From an uncultured Pseudomonadota bacterium (GTDB lineage: Bacteria > Pseudomonadota > Alphaproteobacteria > Rs-D84), in contig CALABO010000013.1 in the NCBI GenBank assembly GCA_937885575.1, forward strand, positions 46,438 to 110,437: DNA of 64,000 nt, given 5' to 3'. The notes under the pieces were generated by a model that did no database searches, was not told where the DNA came from, and was given only the letters and a program-made list of their open reading frames with translations. The position numbers were made by a program, and so were the translations under genes. How positions within the stretch are numbered: the first letter of the stretch is position 1; every line of letters begins with the position of its first letter. Positions 28,701 through 38,185 of the stretch are shown here, one piece after another.

Positions 28701-28777
28701 TGGCGCACCCAGAAGGATTCGAACCCTCAGTCTTCTGATCCGTAGTCAGACGCTTTATCCAGTTGAGCTATGGGTGC
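28701..28777 (-). tRNA. tRNA-Arg (anticodon ACG)
   Basis: 77-nt cloverleaf on the minus strand with anticodon loop cTACGga, T-loop TTCGAAT and encoded CCA. Confidence 0.9.
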
Positions 28778-28833
28778 AACGCGTATTATTCTATACCAAA
28801 ATATCCCGATTGCAAGAAAAAAGATTTCACAAA

Positions 28834-28973
28834 GTGGTTAGTGCTAGTGTAAGTGGTTAGTAGTGTCTGGAATAAATCTGTAATTGCGCAATAATTCCAG
28901 AAAGCAAAGTTCCCCTCTCGAGATGGGTGGCCGAAGGCCGGGGTGTGGTTCTCTAACCACTACCACTAACCAC
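28834..28973. repeat. Composite palindromic repeat, long form (arms + core + embedded CCTCC module 28910-28954)
   Basis: Left arm gtggttagtgctagtgtaagtggttagtagtgtctggaat, then ..attccagaa-agcaaag-ttcccctc..ggggtgtggtt, then right arm taaccactaccactaaccac. TA at 28974-28975. Confidence 0.85.
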
Positions 28974-29899
28974 TACATACTTTCCAATCGTCGAATCCTT
29001 TCCGCAATCGGTGGGTGGGTTGCCATAATTTCGCCAAAAAACGCGCGCGTCCGTGTTGGGTTCGCGATGCATATTGCCGCCATCGTTTTGCGCCCATCAA
29101 GGTTTTTAACAACCGAATGTTCCGAAATTTTACGCAGTGCCGTCGCGAGTGCCCGCGGATTTCGGGTTATGTACGCACCCGTCGCATCCGCCGCATATTC
29201 ACGCCGCCGCGAAATCGCCATATGCAAAATCGGCGAAATCACAACATTGAAAAGTGTGAACGCCAACCACACCATCATTATCACCGCCGCGCCATTGTTT
29301 TTATCATCGCCATCCGAACGCGCATACATCATATTCCGCGCCAGCATATCCGCAATAAAGACCGTCACGCCAATGCCGGTAATGATGAACATGCTAAGCC
29401 GTATGTCGCGATTGCCGATGTGTGCCATTTCGTGGGCGATTACACCCTCCAGTTCCGGTCGGTCCAATTTTTCGATAATTCCACGGGTGAGCGCCACCGT
29501 CGCATCACGCGGCCCGCGCCCCGTTGCGAACGCGTTAAGGCCACCGTCTTCGATAACATAAACCCGTGGTGTTGGCAACCCGGCGGCGATTGCGACATTT
29601 TCCACCGATTTATAAACATACCTGTATTCTGGGTCGGTGTCGCCTATCTGCTTTGCGCCCGCCATGGAAAGCATCATCGAATCCCCAAACGCCCATGATA
29701 TCAGCATCCAAACGGCGCACACAGCAATCGTCGGCACCGCCACCATAGTGGTTGTATTGATTGCATCATTTAACGGTTGCACACACCAAACACAGATGAA
29801 CACCAACGCAATAAAAATAACCGGAAACAGCACCACCAACACCGCGGTTTTTATGTTGTTTGCACGTATATGGTCATAAACAGTTTTGACTTTTTTCAT
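28973..29899 (-). CDS. htpX: Zinc metalloprotease HtpX (M48)
   Basis: 308 aa from ATG 29899. HEMAHIGNRD motif and TM helices. The stop TAG is formed at a repeat edge. The ORF-track 5' extension runs through a repeat. Confidence 0.88.
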   Translation of the reverse strand: MKKVKTVYDHIRANNIKTAVLVVLFPVIFIALVFICVWCVQPLNDAINTTTMVAVPTIAVCAVWMLISWAFGDSMMLSMAGAKQIGDTDPEYRYVYKSVENVAIAAGLPTPRVYVIEDGGLNAFATGRGPRDATVALTRGIIEKLDRPELEGVIAHEMAHIGNRDIRLSMFIITGIGVTVFIADMLARNMMYARSDGDDKNNGAAVIMMVWLAFTLFNVVISPILHMAISRRREYAADATGAYITRNPRALATALRKISEHSVVKNLDGRKTMAAICIANPTRTRAFFGEIMATHPPIAERIRRLESM

Positions 29900-30004
29900 A
29901 CCCCAATCATACCGAAACCATCCCACAGAATTCAAGAAATTTTTGCTTACACCAAACCAGGGCAAAGCCCTGGCACAGTCTCGGCACCGCACCAGCGGTG
30001 ACGG

Positions 30005-30031
30005 ATAACCACTTACACTTGCACTGGCCAC
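30005..30031. repeat. Right-arm fragment of the palindromic repeat family
   Basis: Sequence gataaccacttacacttgcactggccac followed by TA. Confidence 0.6.
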
Positions 30032-30055
30032 TAAATATGATAAAATACATACATA

Positions 30056-30901
30056 ATGTGGGGCGGGGCAATTATTTCTTTTGCGATGGCGATGTTTACA
30101 CACACGGCGGTTTTCGCCGGGTTCCTTGCGCCAATGGAATTTCCAAAGGTTGCGGCCGATTTGTCTTTTGTTGACCGTATGGCACTAAACGCCGCCGGAT
30201 ATGAACCATACGAAAGCGAATACGATGAAAACGGAAAATGTATTTCGGGGTGCGCGTATGCGTTACCAAATATCGAAGATGAAATTGCCGCAATGGAACG
30301 CCGTAATGCGATGGTCCGCCAAAATTTGGTGGACGATTACGGATACACCGAAACCGAAGACGGCGATTTAATCCCGCCGACCGAAGACATGCCTTGGGAT
30401 GATGGCGATGGTGACTTTGATACGCCATTTCCAATCGAATACAAACAATGTGCGATTCAAAACCCAAAGTTCAAAAATACCAATGTGCCGTATGGGTCGC
30501 CACTTGGGTATATAACATGTATAACATCTGACTATGGCGTGCAAAGAAAATTATCTTGGTACAACAAAACAAAGATTCATTATGGTATTGATTTGGCCGC
30601 AAACACGGGAACACCGATATACGCGCCGGCAAATGGGGTTGTTGAAACAGTTTTTAATATGAACAGAACCTGTGGCAACGGAATAATTATAAAACACCCA
30701 AGTGGTTACGCAACACAATACTGTCACCTAAGCCGGGTGTCTGTGTCGCGTGGTGAATCGGTCGCATCGGGTTGCCTTATTGGATACACGGGCAACACCG
30801 GACTTTCAACAGGCCCGCACTTGCATTACGCGGTAAAGAAAGACGGCTATGCGATAAATCCAAGAAACTTTATCGAACCTGGACACAGGATGTGTCACTA
30901 G
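30056..30901 (+). CDS. M23/LytM family peptidase
   Basis: Contains ..HYGIDLAANTGTPIYAPANG.. and ..GNTGLSTGPHLHYAV... Confidence 0.88.
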   Translation: MWGGAIISFAMAMFTHTAVFAGFLAPMEFPKVAADLSFVDRMALNAAGYEPYESEYDENGKCISGCAYALPNIEDEIAAMERRNAMVRQNLVDDYGYTETEDGDLIPPTEDMPWDDGDGDFDTPFPIEYKQCAIQNPKFKNTNVPYGSPLGYITCITSDYGVQRKLSWYNKTKIHYGIDLAANTGTPIYAPANGVVETVFNMNRTCGNGIIIKHPSGYATQYCHLSRVSVSRGESVASGCLIGYTGNTGLSTGPHLHYAVKKDGYAINPRNFIEPGHRMCH

Positions 30902-31269
30902 TCGTCGTTCAATTTGCGGAATTTGACGGCGAAACTGCCGTTATTTATCGGTGTGCATGAAACGACATATGGCGAAAGCAAACTTTCGCGCACCCATTCT
31001 TGGAATTTGATTTTCAGTACCCCACTTGCCCCCGTTATGATTTTTGCATCTTTTACCCCCGATAACGCAAGTTCCATGATTTCATCCCATGACTGTTCGA
31101 TTGTTTTCATATGCAAATCAAGTGTCGCGTGTTCGGGAACATGCACGGGCGCGGGAATCCGCGTTGACAGGTGTAATTCGGTTCTAACGCGCCGGCGCGT
31201 CACGGAATCATCCGGCGAAAAATTCGCATCGATCATTTCGGCAATATCTTGGTCCGTAAGTTTGCGCAT
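30898..31269 (-). CDS. Smr domain protein
   Basis: 123 aa with C-terminal ..LDLHMKT..KIITGASG.. Smr pattern. Confidence 0.7.
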   Translation of the reverse strand: MRKLTDQDIAEMIDANFSPDDSVTRRRVRTELHLSTRIPAPVHVPEHATLDLHMKTIEQSWDEIMELALSGVKDAKIITGASGVLKIKFQEWVRESLLSPYVVSCTPINNGSFAVKFRKLNDD

Positions 31270-31272
31270 CGA

Positions 31273-32001
31273 TTATTTATCTTTCAGTTTTTTCGCCCAT
31301 TTGCCGTCCGGAAAGTTTAGTTTTAACATTTCGGCAAACCCGTCCGCTTGTTCGGATAAACCAATTGCGGTATATGCCTCGGTAAGTCTATACATCGCCT
31401 CTTCGGGCATGACGGTTTCGGGTGCATCGGTTATAACAGATTGAAACTTTGTAATCGCACTTGCCCAGTTTTCTTTACGCATATCGTTGCGCGCGGAATA
31501 CATAACCTTGCCCGCGATATAGTTTTTTAGGATATTGATTTTGTTTTTTGAATTTTCGGCATATGGCGACCGCGGAAACCGGTCAACGATTTGCTGAAAT
31601 TGTTGTAATGCATAGACCGACATTCCCGGTTCACGGCGGACATCACTAACCTGGCGATAATAGCACATCCCGCGCAGGTATAATACATATGGCACATCCC
31701 GATGCCCCGGGTGAAACCGCATAAACCGGTCGGCGGTAAGGATTGCGCCTGGAAAATCATCGTCCAAGTATTGTGAATATGCCGCCATAATCAACGCGTC
31801 CGCCGACCAACTGCTTGCCGGGTATTGTGTTTCAACCATTTGAAACTTTTCGGCCGCATCGTCATAGTTTTCTTTTTCAAATTCGCCGTACGCATCGTCA
31901 TAGAGTTCCGTAATCGATTTGTTCGTTATAATTTTATCGGCATCACCGCTGCATCCGGCAACGGCAATCCCCAGTAAAAGCGGTAAAAATAATTTTTTCA
32001 T
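31273..32001 (-). CDS. bamD: Outer membrane assembly lipoprotein BamD (YfiO)
   Basis: Lipobox IAVAGC and TPR-like repeats. Confidence 0.85.
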   Translation of the reverse strand: MKKLFLPLLLGIAVAGCSGDADKIITNKSITELYDDAYGEFEKENYDDAAEKFQMVETQYPASSWSADALIMAAYSQYLDDDFPGAILTADRFMRFHPGHRDVPYVLYLRGMCYYRQVSDVRREPGMSVYALQQFQQIVDRFPRSPYAENSKNKINILKNYIAGKVMYSARNDMRKENWASAITKFQSVITDAPETVMPEEAMYRLTEAYTAIGLSEQADGFAEMLKLNFPDGKWAKKLKDK

Positions 32002-32055
32002 TTCTTTTTATTCCTGTCTTGATTTTGTTTGTTCGCATTTAGTATAATCCAAACT

Positions 32056-33519
32056 ATGAAACTTGGCAAACATATTTTCGGCGTTGGCGCCATGACGGGA
32101 ATAAGTCGCATATTCGGATTCATTCGTGATATGCTGATTGCGCGCGTGCTGGGCGCGGGGCGGCTTTCGGATATTTTTTTGGCGGCATTCAAATTGCCGA
32201 ATTTGTTTCGTGACCTGCTTGGCGAAGGGGCATTGTCGGCGATATTTATTCCAATGTATGCGGATTCACGACACGATGAATCTTTTGCAAAAAATGTTTT
32301 TTCGTGGCTTTTTGTCATATTGCTTGGAATAACACTGGTCTTTGAAATTTTTATGCCACTTGTTGTGTGGGGTTTGGCGCCCGGGTTTGCGGATGTGCCG
32401 GGTAAAATGGAAATGACCGTTGTTATATCGCGCATAATGTTTTTCTATGTTATTTTCATTTGCGCGGCGGCGTTTTTGTCGGCGGTGTTAAACGCGTTTT
32501 CGCGGTTTATGCTTGCGGCGTTTATGCCGGTGTTGTTAAATATAATGCTTATCGGCGCGTTGCTGTTTTCAATGCACATTGGCGCATCGGATACGGTCCT
32601 GTATATAATGGCGGGGACGGTCGTTTTGTCCGGAATAATTCAATGTTTGGTACTGCTGTGGCGAATACACAGAAAACATTTCGGTTTGCGCCTTGTGGTG
32701 CCGCGATGGACGCCGGCGATAAAGACGATGTTCAAACGTTTTGGTGTAAGTTTGATTGGCAACGGCTTTTATCAAATTACTATAATTCTTGGGACATTGG
32801 TGGCAAGTTTTGAAAGTGGTGCGGTGTCGTGGCTTTATTATTCCGACCGAATTGTTCAGTTGCCATTTGCAATGATTGGACTTGCGGTTGGAACGGTTTT
32901 AATGTCGTCGATATCAAATGCAATCGCCGAAAAAAATATGCGCAGTGTCCATATCCAACAAAATTCTTCGATGCGCCAATCAATGATGTTGATTATGCCG
33001 TGCGTGGCGGGATTGTTCGTGTTGGCGGAACCGATAATAAAATATCTTTTTGAATACGGCGCATGGACGGCGCATTCAACGCACGCGGTTGCAATCGCAA
33101 TTATGATTCAGGTTTTTGTTCTGCCCGCAATGCTGATAAGTCAGATTTACAGTAAAACCCTTTATGCGTCCCAGGATGTAAAAACCCCGGTTAAAACAAG
33201 TATTGTATCGCTTGGTGTTGCATCGGTGATATATATCGGACTTTTTTGGTTCGTTGGATATTTGGCGATTCCGATTGGCGTGGTGGTAAGTGGTTATGTG
33301 AAAAATTACCTGCTGGGGCGCGCGTGTCGTCGGCGTGGACTTGCCAAAATTGATGGCCAAACGGTTCGTGCAATTGTTGTGTTTGGTGTAATTGCGGCGG
33401 CGCTTGGGGTTGGACTTTGGTTTGTTCCGGTGACAAGTATTTTTGCACTGGGGCTTGCGATTGCGGGTTATGGGATAATCTATATGCCAATTGCGTTTTT
33501 AATAAATCGTAAAATATAA
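32056..33519 (+). CDS. murJ: Lipid II flippase MurJ
   Basis: Contains ..SRIFGFIRDMLIARVLGAG.. and is polytopic. Start taken as ATG 32056. Confidence 0.9.
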   Translation: MKLGKHIFGVGAMTGISRIFGFIRDMLIARVLGAGRLSDIFLAAFKLPNLFRDLLGEGALSAIFIPMYADSRHDESFAKNVFSWLFVILLGITLVFEIFMPLVVWGLAPGFADVPGKMEMTVVISRIMFFYVIFICAAAFLSAVLNAFSRFMLAAFMPVLLNIMLIGALLFSMHIGASDTVLYIMAGTVVLSGIIQCLVLLWRIHRKHFGLRLVVPRWTPAIKTMFKRFGVSLIGNGFYQITIILGTLVASFESGAVSWLYYSDRIVQLPFAMIGLAVGTVLMSSISNAIAEKNMRSVHIQQNSSMRQSMMLIMPCVAGLFVLAEPIIKYLFEYGAWTAHSTHAVAIAIMIQVFVLPAMLISQIYSKTLYASQDVKTPVKTSIVSLGVASVIYIGLFWFVGYLAIPIGVVVSGYVKNYLLGRACRRRGLAKIDGQTVRAIVVFGVIAAALGVGLWFVPVTSIFALGLAIAGYGIIYMPIAFLINRKI

Positions 33520-33587
33520 AAATAAAAAGTTGAAACCACCTTTTTTATATGGTATAATACCGTCATAAAGAATGTAAGGAGTAATCA

Positions 33588-34496
33588 ATGAAAAAATTGG
33601 TATCTTTGGCGGTGTTGACCGCGTTGGTCGCGGGTTGCGCCGATTTGTCACAGACAGGCAGTTCGGATTATGGTTCCGATGGTATCGGTGAAGAAACCCT
33701 TGCCACAGAGGCAAAAACCACACCGGCGCCGGTAAATGACGATTCGTATCTGCTTGCGGCGGCACCACGTTATTATGTTGGAAATGCGTACAAGGTCGAA
33801 GATACTCAATACATCCCGGCCGAAGATTGGACATATAACCAGGTTGGCATGGCGGGTATAATTCCAACTGAATTAAACGGCACGAAAACAAGCAACGGTG
33901 AAACATACAACATGAACCAAATGTTGGGAACAAGCAAAACTTTGCCACTGCCCACGATTGCCAAGGTCACAAATTTGGAAAACGGCGAATCGGTTGTTGT
34001 TCGTATAAACAATCGTGGTCCGTTTGTTAATACGCGTATCATAGATTTATCTGCGGCGGCGGCGGAAAAGATTGGCGTAACCAATCAATCCAAGGTCCAG
34101 GTTCAGATTATGCCTGAACAAACAATGTTGGTTAAAACCGCAACGGTTGGCAAAACCGCGATGGTGCCGGCCACGGAAACGGTTGCAAAGCAACAGGTTG
34201 TTGCGGAACCCGTTCAAACATCCGAACCTGCGCCCGCACCGGCACCGGTCGCATCCGGCGACTACAGTGTCCAAGTTGCGGCGTTCTATGCCGAAGATAG
34301 TGCGAACACATTATTGCAAAAAATGCGCACCTATGGTGATGCGATTGTCGTAAAGGAAGGCGATATGTACAAGGTTCGTATTGTAAATCTTGATGCGGCC
34401 GGCGCGCGTCGTGTGATTGACGCACTGCGTAACGGCGAAGGCATGGCGCCGGGTCTGTTAAAGAACGGTCGCTGGATAAACGCCGACAGCATATAA
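33588..34496 (+). CDS. rlpA: Septal ring lytic transglycosylase RlpA (DPBB + SPOR)
   Basis: Lipobox LVAGC, DPBB block ..LPLPTIAKVTNLENGESVVVRINNRGPF.., and a C-terminal SPOR domain. Confidence 0.88.
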   Translation: MKKLVSLAVLTALVAGCADLSQTGSSDYGSDGIGEETLATEAKTTPAPVNDDSYLLAAAPRYYVGNAYKVEDTQYIPAEDWTYNQVGMAGIIPTELNGTKTSNGETYNMNQMLGTSKTLPLPTIAKVTNLENGESVVVRINNRGPFVNTRIIDLSAAAAEKIGVTNQSKVQVQIMPEQTMLVKTATVGKTAMVPATETVAKQQVVAEPVQTSEPAPAPAPVASGDYSVQVAAFYAEDSANTLLQKMRTYGDAIVVKEGDMYKVRIVNLDAAGARRVIDALRNGEGMAPGLLKNGRWINADSI

Positions 34497-34520
34497 AAGA
34501 GTTCTCGTGTGTGTACCTCC

Positions 34521-34549
34521 GGATCCCCGTTGCAAAACGGGGATTTTTT
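34521..34549 (+). terminator. Intrinsic terminator after rlpA
   Basis: atccccgt-tgcaaa-acggggat followed by tttttt. Confidence 0.8.
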
Positions 34550-35039
34550 AGTGCGTTTTTGCATTTGGGGTAATTGATTTATATATAACACCGGCTTCAT
34601 CAAACATTTTAAGAGATAAATCTAAACTATCGCGCCAACCTGGTATTTGTTTCTGTTCTTCTGGTTCCATATAAATTACTTCCTTAATCCCGGCCTGAAT
34701 AATCGCGCCTGCGCAACGCATGCATGGTGGCATAGTCACATATAAAATCGCCCGGCTAAGGTTGGTTCCGTTTCTGGCGGCATTTAATACGGCGTTCACT
34801 TCAGCATGAACAACGTATTCATATTTTATTGGGCGTGTCCATCTTTGCGGAATATCATCATTCACCCCGCGTGGAAAACCGTTGAATCCCATGGAACGAA
34901 CCTCTTTATCAGGCCCTATGATAACACAACCAACCTTGGTGCTGTTATCCTTGGACCAGGTCGCGATAAGTTTAGCCATTTCCATAAATCGCAGATTCCA
35001 TTTTTCATTAAATGTAAAATTTTGCTTTGTTTCGGTCAT
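34548..35039 (-). CDS. dCMP deaminase (ComEB type)
   Basis: HAEVNA ... PCMRCA zinc-binding motifs. Confidence 0.88.
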   Translation of the reverse strand: MTETKQNFTFNEKWNLRFMEMAKLIATWSKDNSTKVGCVIIGPDKEVRSMGFNGFPRGVNDDIPQRWTRPIKYEYVVHAEVNAVLNAARNGTNLSRAILYVTMPPCMRCAGAIIQAGIKEVIYMEPEEQKQIPGWRDSLDLSLKMFDEAGVIYKSITPNAKTH

Positions 35040-35118
35040 GATAAATCCTTTTGTGCTTTCTTAACCACAATTTACAATAACCGCGGGATTTTGCAAGTTT
35101 TTTGTTCACTTTTGAAAT

Positions 35119-36033
35119 ATGTGTGCTATTGTTTATGGTATGAGTAAGACATATTCTGGATTTATCGCGATTGCGGGGCCGACAAACGCCGGCAAAAGCA
35201 CCCTGTTGAATCAAATCATGGGGCGCAAGGTTTCAATTGTTTCGCACAAGGTTCAAACAACGCGAACGAACCTGCGTGCCGTGAAAATGGTTGGGACACG
35301 ACAATTGATTTTTGTTGATACCCCTGGGATTTTCCGACCCGCCCGTCGCCTTGACCGCGCAATGGTTTCGGCGGCGATGACCGCGCTTTCCGATGCGGAT
35401 GCGGTTTTGTTGATCATCGATGCGACCAAGGGAATTACCGATACGGTGCGCGAAATCATCGGAAAAATCCGCGAACATAAAAATCTGTTTGTTGCGCTAA
35501 ATAAAACCGATGCGGTAAAGAAAAGTGAACTTTTGCCGATTGCCGCGGAATTAAACGAAATGGCGAATTTTCGTGAAATCTTTATGATTTCGGCAATGAA
35601 AAATGACGGTGTTGCGGAAATGTTGACGTCGTTGGCGGCGGTTATGCCGGCATCGCCATATTTGTTTGATGCGGCGGACGCAACCGATGTGCCGGATAAT
35701 TTATACCTTGCGGAATTGACGCGGGAAAAGGTTTATCGTTATATTCACCAAGAATTGCCGTATCACATAAATGTCGTAACGGAACGTGTTGATGTCGATG
35801 CCGACGGGGTACTTGATATTTATCAGAAAATCGTTGTGCAAAGTGATGCACATAAAAAGATTGTGATTGGACGCGCAGGGGCGCAACTTAAAAAAATTGG
35901 AACGGCGGCGCGGCATGATATCCAAGATCAATGGGGCGTGAACGCGCGTTTGCATTTGTTCGTGCGCGTGGAACCGGATTGGGAAAACACCGCCGAAAAT
36001 TACACCGACCAAGGTTTAGAGTTTAAGAAATAA
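35119..36033 (+). CDS. era: GTPase Era
   Basis: GPTNAGKST, DTPG and NKTD motifs plus a C-terminal KH domain. The start could also be ATG 35140. Confidence 0.92.
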   Translation: MCAIVYGMSKTYSGFIAIAGPTNAGKSTLLNQIMGRKVSIVSHKVQTTRTNLRAVKMVGTRQLIFVDTPGIFRPARRLDRAMVSAAMTALSDADAVLLIIDATKGITDTVREIIGKIREHKNLFVALNKTDAVKKSELLPIAAELNEMANFREIFMISAMKNDGVAEMLTSLAAVMPASPYLFDAADATDVPDNLYLAELTREKVYRYIHQELPYHINVVTERVDVDADGVLDIYQKIVVQSDAHKKIVIGRAGAQLKKIGTAARHDIQDQWGVNARLHLFVRVEPDWENTAENYTDQGLEFKK

Positions 36034-36157
36034 AAGGACATAAAAATGAAAATTTGTATGTGAGAACGAGTGTAAACGAAGTTCGAACAACTACAAATTT
36101 GCGCGCAAGGCGCAAGCCGAGCGAAAAAATATAAACAAATAACAAAGGAATCAAAAT

Positions 36158-36622
36158 ATGAAAGTTAATCAAAATATAAAAATCAATCCAAAATATAAAT
36201 TGATGGCGTTGTTATCATTGCTGTTGGCGATGGGGTGCGCACGATATGAACACAAGAATGTCATTCAGGGAATTAGTAAAAAGGATAAAACCAGAATATT
36301 TTTACTAAAGGATGCCGAAACCAACGAAGAAAGAATTTTATCGATTGAACCCGCATGGAACTCTTATGTTGATATTTATGCGGATTATGATTATCTGCAA
36401 CCTGGTGATACGGTGGTGGTTTATGTTAGGGGGCTTTTATCTGATGGGTATTATTCGCACTCCAAGGTTTTGTCACCGGAAAAAACTTATGGCGATGTTG
36501 GAATGGTGTATGAATATATGTCAGATACGCTTGCCGCACGTAAAATCCGTGCCGGATTTAATAAAGAATGCGAAACTTTTGAAGCATTAAAGCAAGATAT
36601 GCAACATACTACAAAAAGATAA
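36158..36622 (+). CDS. Lipoprotein (154 aa)
   Basis: Lipobox LLAMGC. AT-rich. The stop abuts the queA ATG (TAAATG). Confidence 0.65.
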   Translation: MKVNQNIKINPKYKLMALLSLLLAMGCARYEHKNVIQGISKKDKTRIFLLKDAETNEERILSIEPAWNSYVDIYADYDYLQPGDTVVVYVRGLLSDGYYSHSKVLSPEKTYGDVGMVYEYMSDTLAARKIRAGFNKECETFEALKQDMQHTTKR

Positions 36623-38185
36623 ATGCTGCACACATCGGATTTTGATTTTGAATTGCCACCGGAACTTATCGCATCGCACCCGCTTGCGCGCCGTGACGCA
36701 TCACGTATGTTGGTGGTGGAACCCAGCGGGACCGGGGGAAAACTATCCATTTCTGACAAACATATTCGGGATTTTTTAGATTACCTGCGCCCCGGCGATG
36801 TTGTTGTGTTTAACAATTCGCGGGTAATTCCGGCGCGCTTTGATGCGGACGGTCACGAAATCACGCTGCATACCGCGGTTGACGATAAAAATTGGTGGGG
36901 CCTGTGTAAAAAGTTCAACAAAATAAACATTGGCGACACGCTGACCATGGCGGACGGCACAACAATAACCGTTATGGATAAAGACGACGAAAGTGGCCTT
37001 TTGCTGCGGTTTAATTGCGATAATGTGTTCGATGTCTTGAACCGCGTTGGCAAAATGCCGCTGCCACCGTATATGAAGCGCGATGCCGAAATCGCCGATC
37101 AAACGCGTTATCAAACGGTCTATGCCGACCCATTGGGGTCGATGGCGGCACCGACGGCGGGGTTGCACTTTACCGATGAATTGATGCATGAAATAGAGGC
37201 GCGCGGCGCAAAAATAGTAAAAATCACATTGCATGTTGGCGCGGGAACATGGATGCCGGTTAAAACTGAAAATCTTTCCGAACATAAAATGCACAGTGAA
37301 TGGTGCCAAATCACACCCGCCCAGGCCGACATTATAAACGCCGCAACGCGTGTAATCGCCGTCGGCACAACAACGCTCCGCACATTGGAATCCGCCGCGT
37401 CAAGTTCCCCTCCTTTGGAGGGGTGGCGGGTAGCACCCGCCGGGGTGGTTAGAGACACCGCAAACTATCGCACATTACCATTTAATCCAAACCTGAAACA
37501 ACGCGCCCGCGAATTGCGCCACGCAGGCAGCCTGCCCGAAGCATTATTGTGGCGTGAAATATCCGGCAAAAAAATAAACGGATTAAATTTTAATCGCCAA
37601 ACGGTAATTGGGAATTATATTGTTGATTTCTTTTGTCCCAAAACAGGGCTGGTTATTGAAATAGATGACAAAGCGTCGCATGATATCAAGGGCGCATACG
37701 ATGAAAAACGCGAAAAATTTTTGACTTCATTGGGGCTGACGACTTTGCATATTCCCGCCGCAGATGTGTTAAAAGATGTGTCGTCTGTTGCAAGCATGAT
37801 TGCGCGACACCCCGTCGCCGTTCGGCGCCACCCCTCTGGCCAGAGGGGAACTTGCTTCGGTTTCCAAACGAACACAACCATAAAGACATCGCGGCCCAAT
37901 TCCCCTCTGGCCAGAGGGGTGGCGGGTGGAACCCGCCGGAGTGTCGCCCCGCGTGTTGCACCGTTTTGTGGTACGACGGATATTTTTATCACACCGGGAT
38001 ATAAATTCCGTGCGGTTGACGTGTTGCTTACGAATTTTCATTTGCCCAAAAGTACACTCTTCATGTTGGTGTCGGCGTTTAGTGGACTTGAGCAGATGAA
38101 AGCCGCATACGCCCACGCCGTCGCCGAAAAATACCGTTTTTTCAGTTATGGCGATTGCTGTTTATTGTTTAGAAAGGATTCATAA
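36623..38185 (+). CDS. queA: S-adenosylmethionine:tRNA ribosyltransferase-isomerase QueA carrying an in-frame insertion of roughly 180 aa
   Basis: Single 520-aa ORF. It has canonical QueA blocks (..PLPPYM.., ..YQTVYA.., ..GLHFT.., ..VGTTTLRTLESAA and ..TDIFITPGYKFRAVDVLLTNFHLPKSTL..) with foreign sequence between the last two. Confidence 0.9.
   Translation: MLHTSDFDFELPPELIASHPLARRDASRMLVVEPSGTGGKLSISDKHIRDFLDYLRPGDVVVFNNSRVIPARFDADGHEITLHTAVDDKNWWGLCKKFNKINIGDTLTMADGTTITVMDKDDESGLLLRFNCDNVFDVLNRVGKMPLPPYMKRDAEIADQTRYQTVYADPLGSMAAPTAGLHFTDELMHEIEARGAKIVKITLHVGAGTWMPVKTENLSEHKMHSEWCQITPAQADIINAATRVIAVGTTTLRTLESAASSSPPLEGWRVAPAGVVRDTANYRTLPFNPNLKQRARELRHAGSLPEALLWREISGKKINGLNFNRQTVIGNYIVDFFCPKTGLVIEIDDKASHDIKGAYDEKREKFLTSLGLTTLHIPAADVLKDVSSVASMIARHPVAVRRHPSGQRGTCFGFQTNTTIKTSRPNSPLARGVAGGTRRSVAPRVAPFCGTTDIFITPGYKFRAVDVLLTNFHLPKSTLFMLVSAFSGLEQMKAAYAHAVAEKYRFFSYGDCCLLFRKDS
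37405..37943 (+). mobile_element. DUF559-nuclease cassette inserted in frame in queA (TIR 37405-37450, DUF559 domain, inverted TIR 37808-37850, solo module 37900-37943)
   Basis: Left end ttcccctcctttggaggggtggcgggtagcacccgccggggtggtt. Internal ..LPEALLWREI..GLNFNRQTVIGNYIVDFFCPKTGLVIEIDDKASHD.. is homologous to the 53727-54071 protein. Right end gccacccctctggccagaggggaa. Confidence 0.8.

Noticed and set aside
37399-37955. Intein in queA
   Set aside because: There is no Cys/Ser/Thr-type N-junction with a His-Asn plus nucleophile C-junction, and no intein blocks. The insert is bounded by repeat modules also found in non-coding DNA, so it looks like a DNA element rather than a protein-splicing element.
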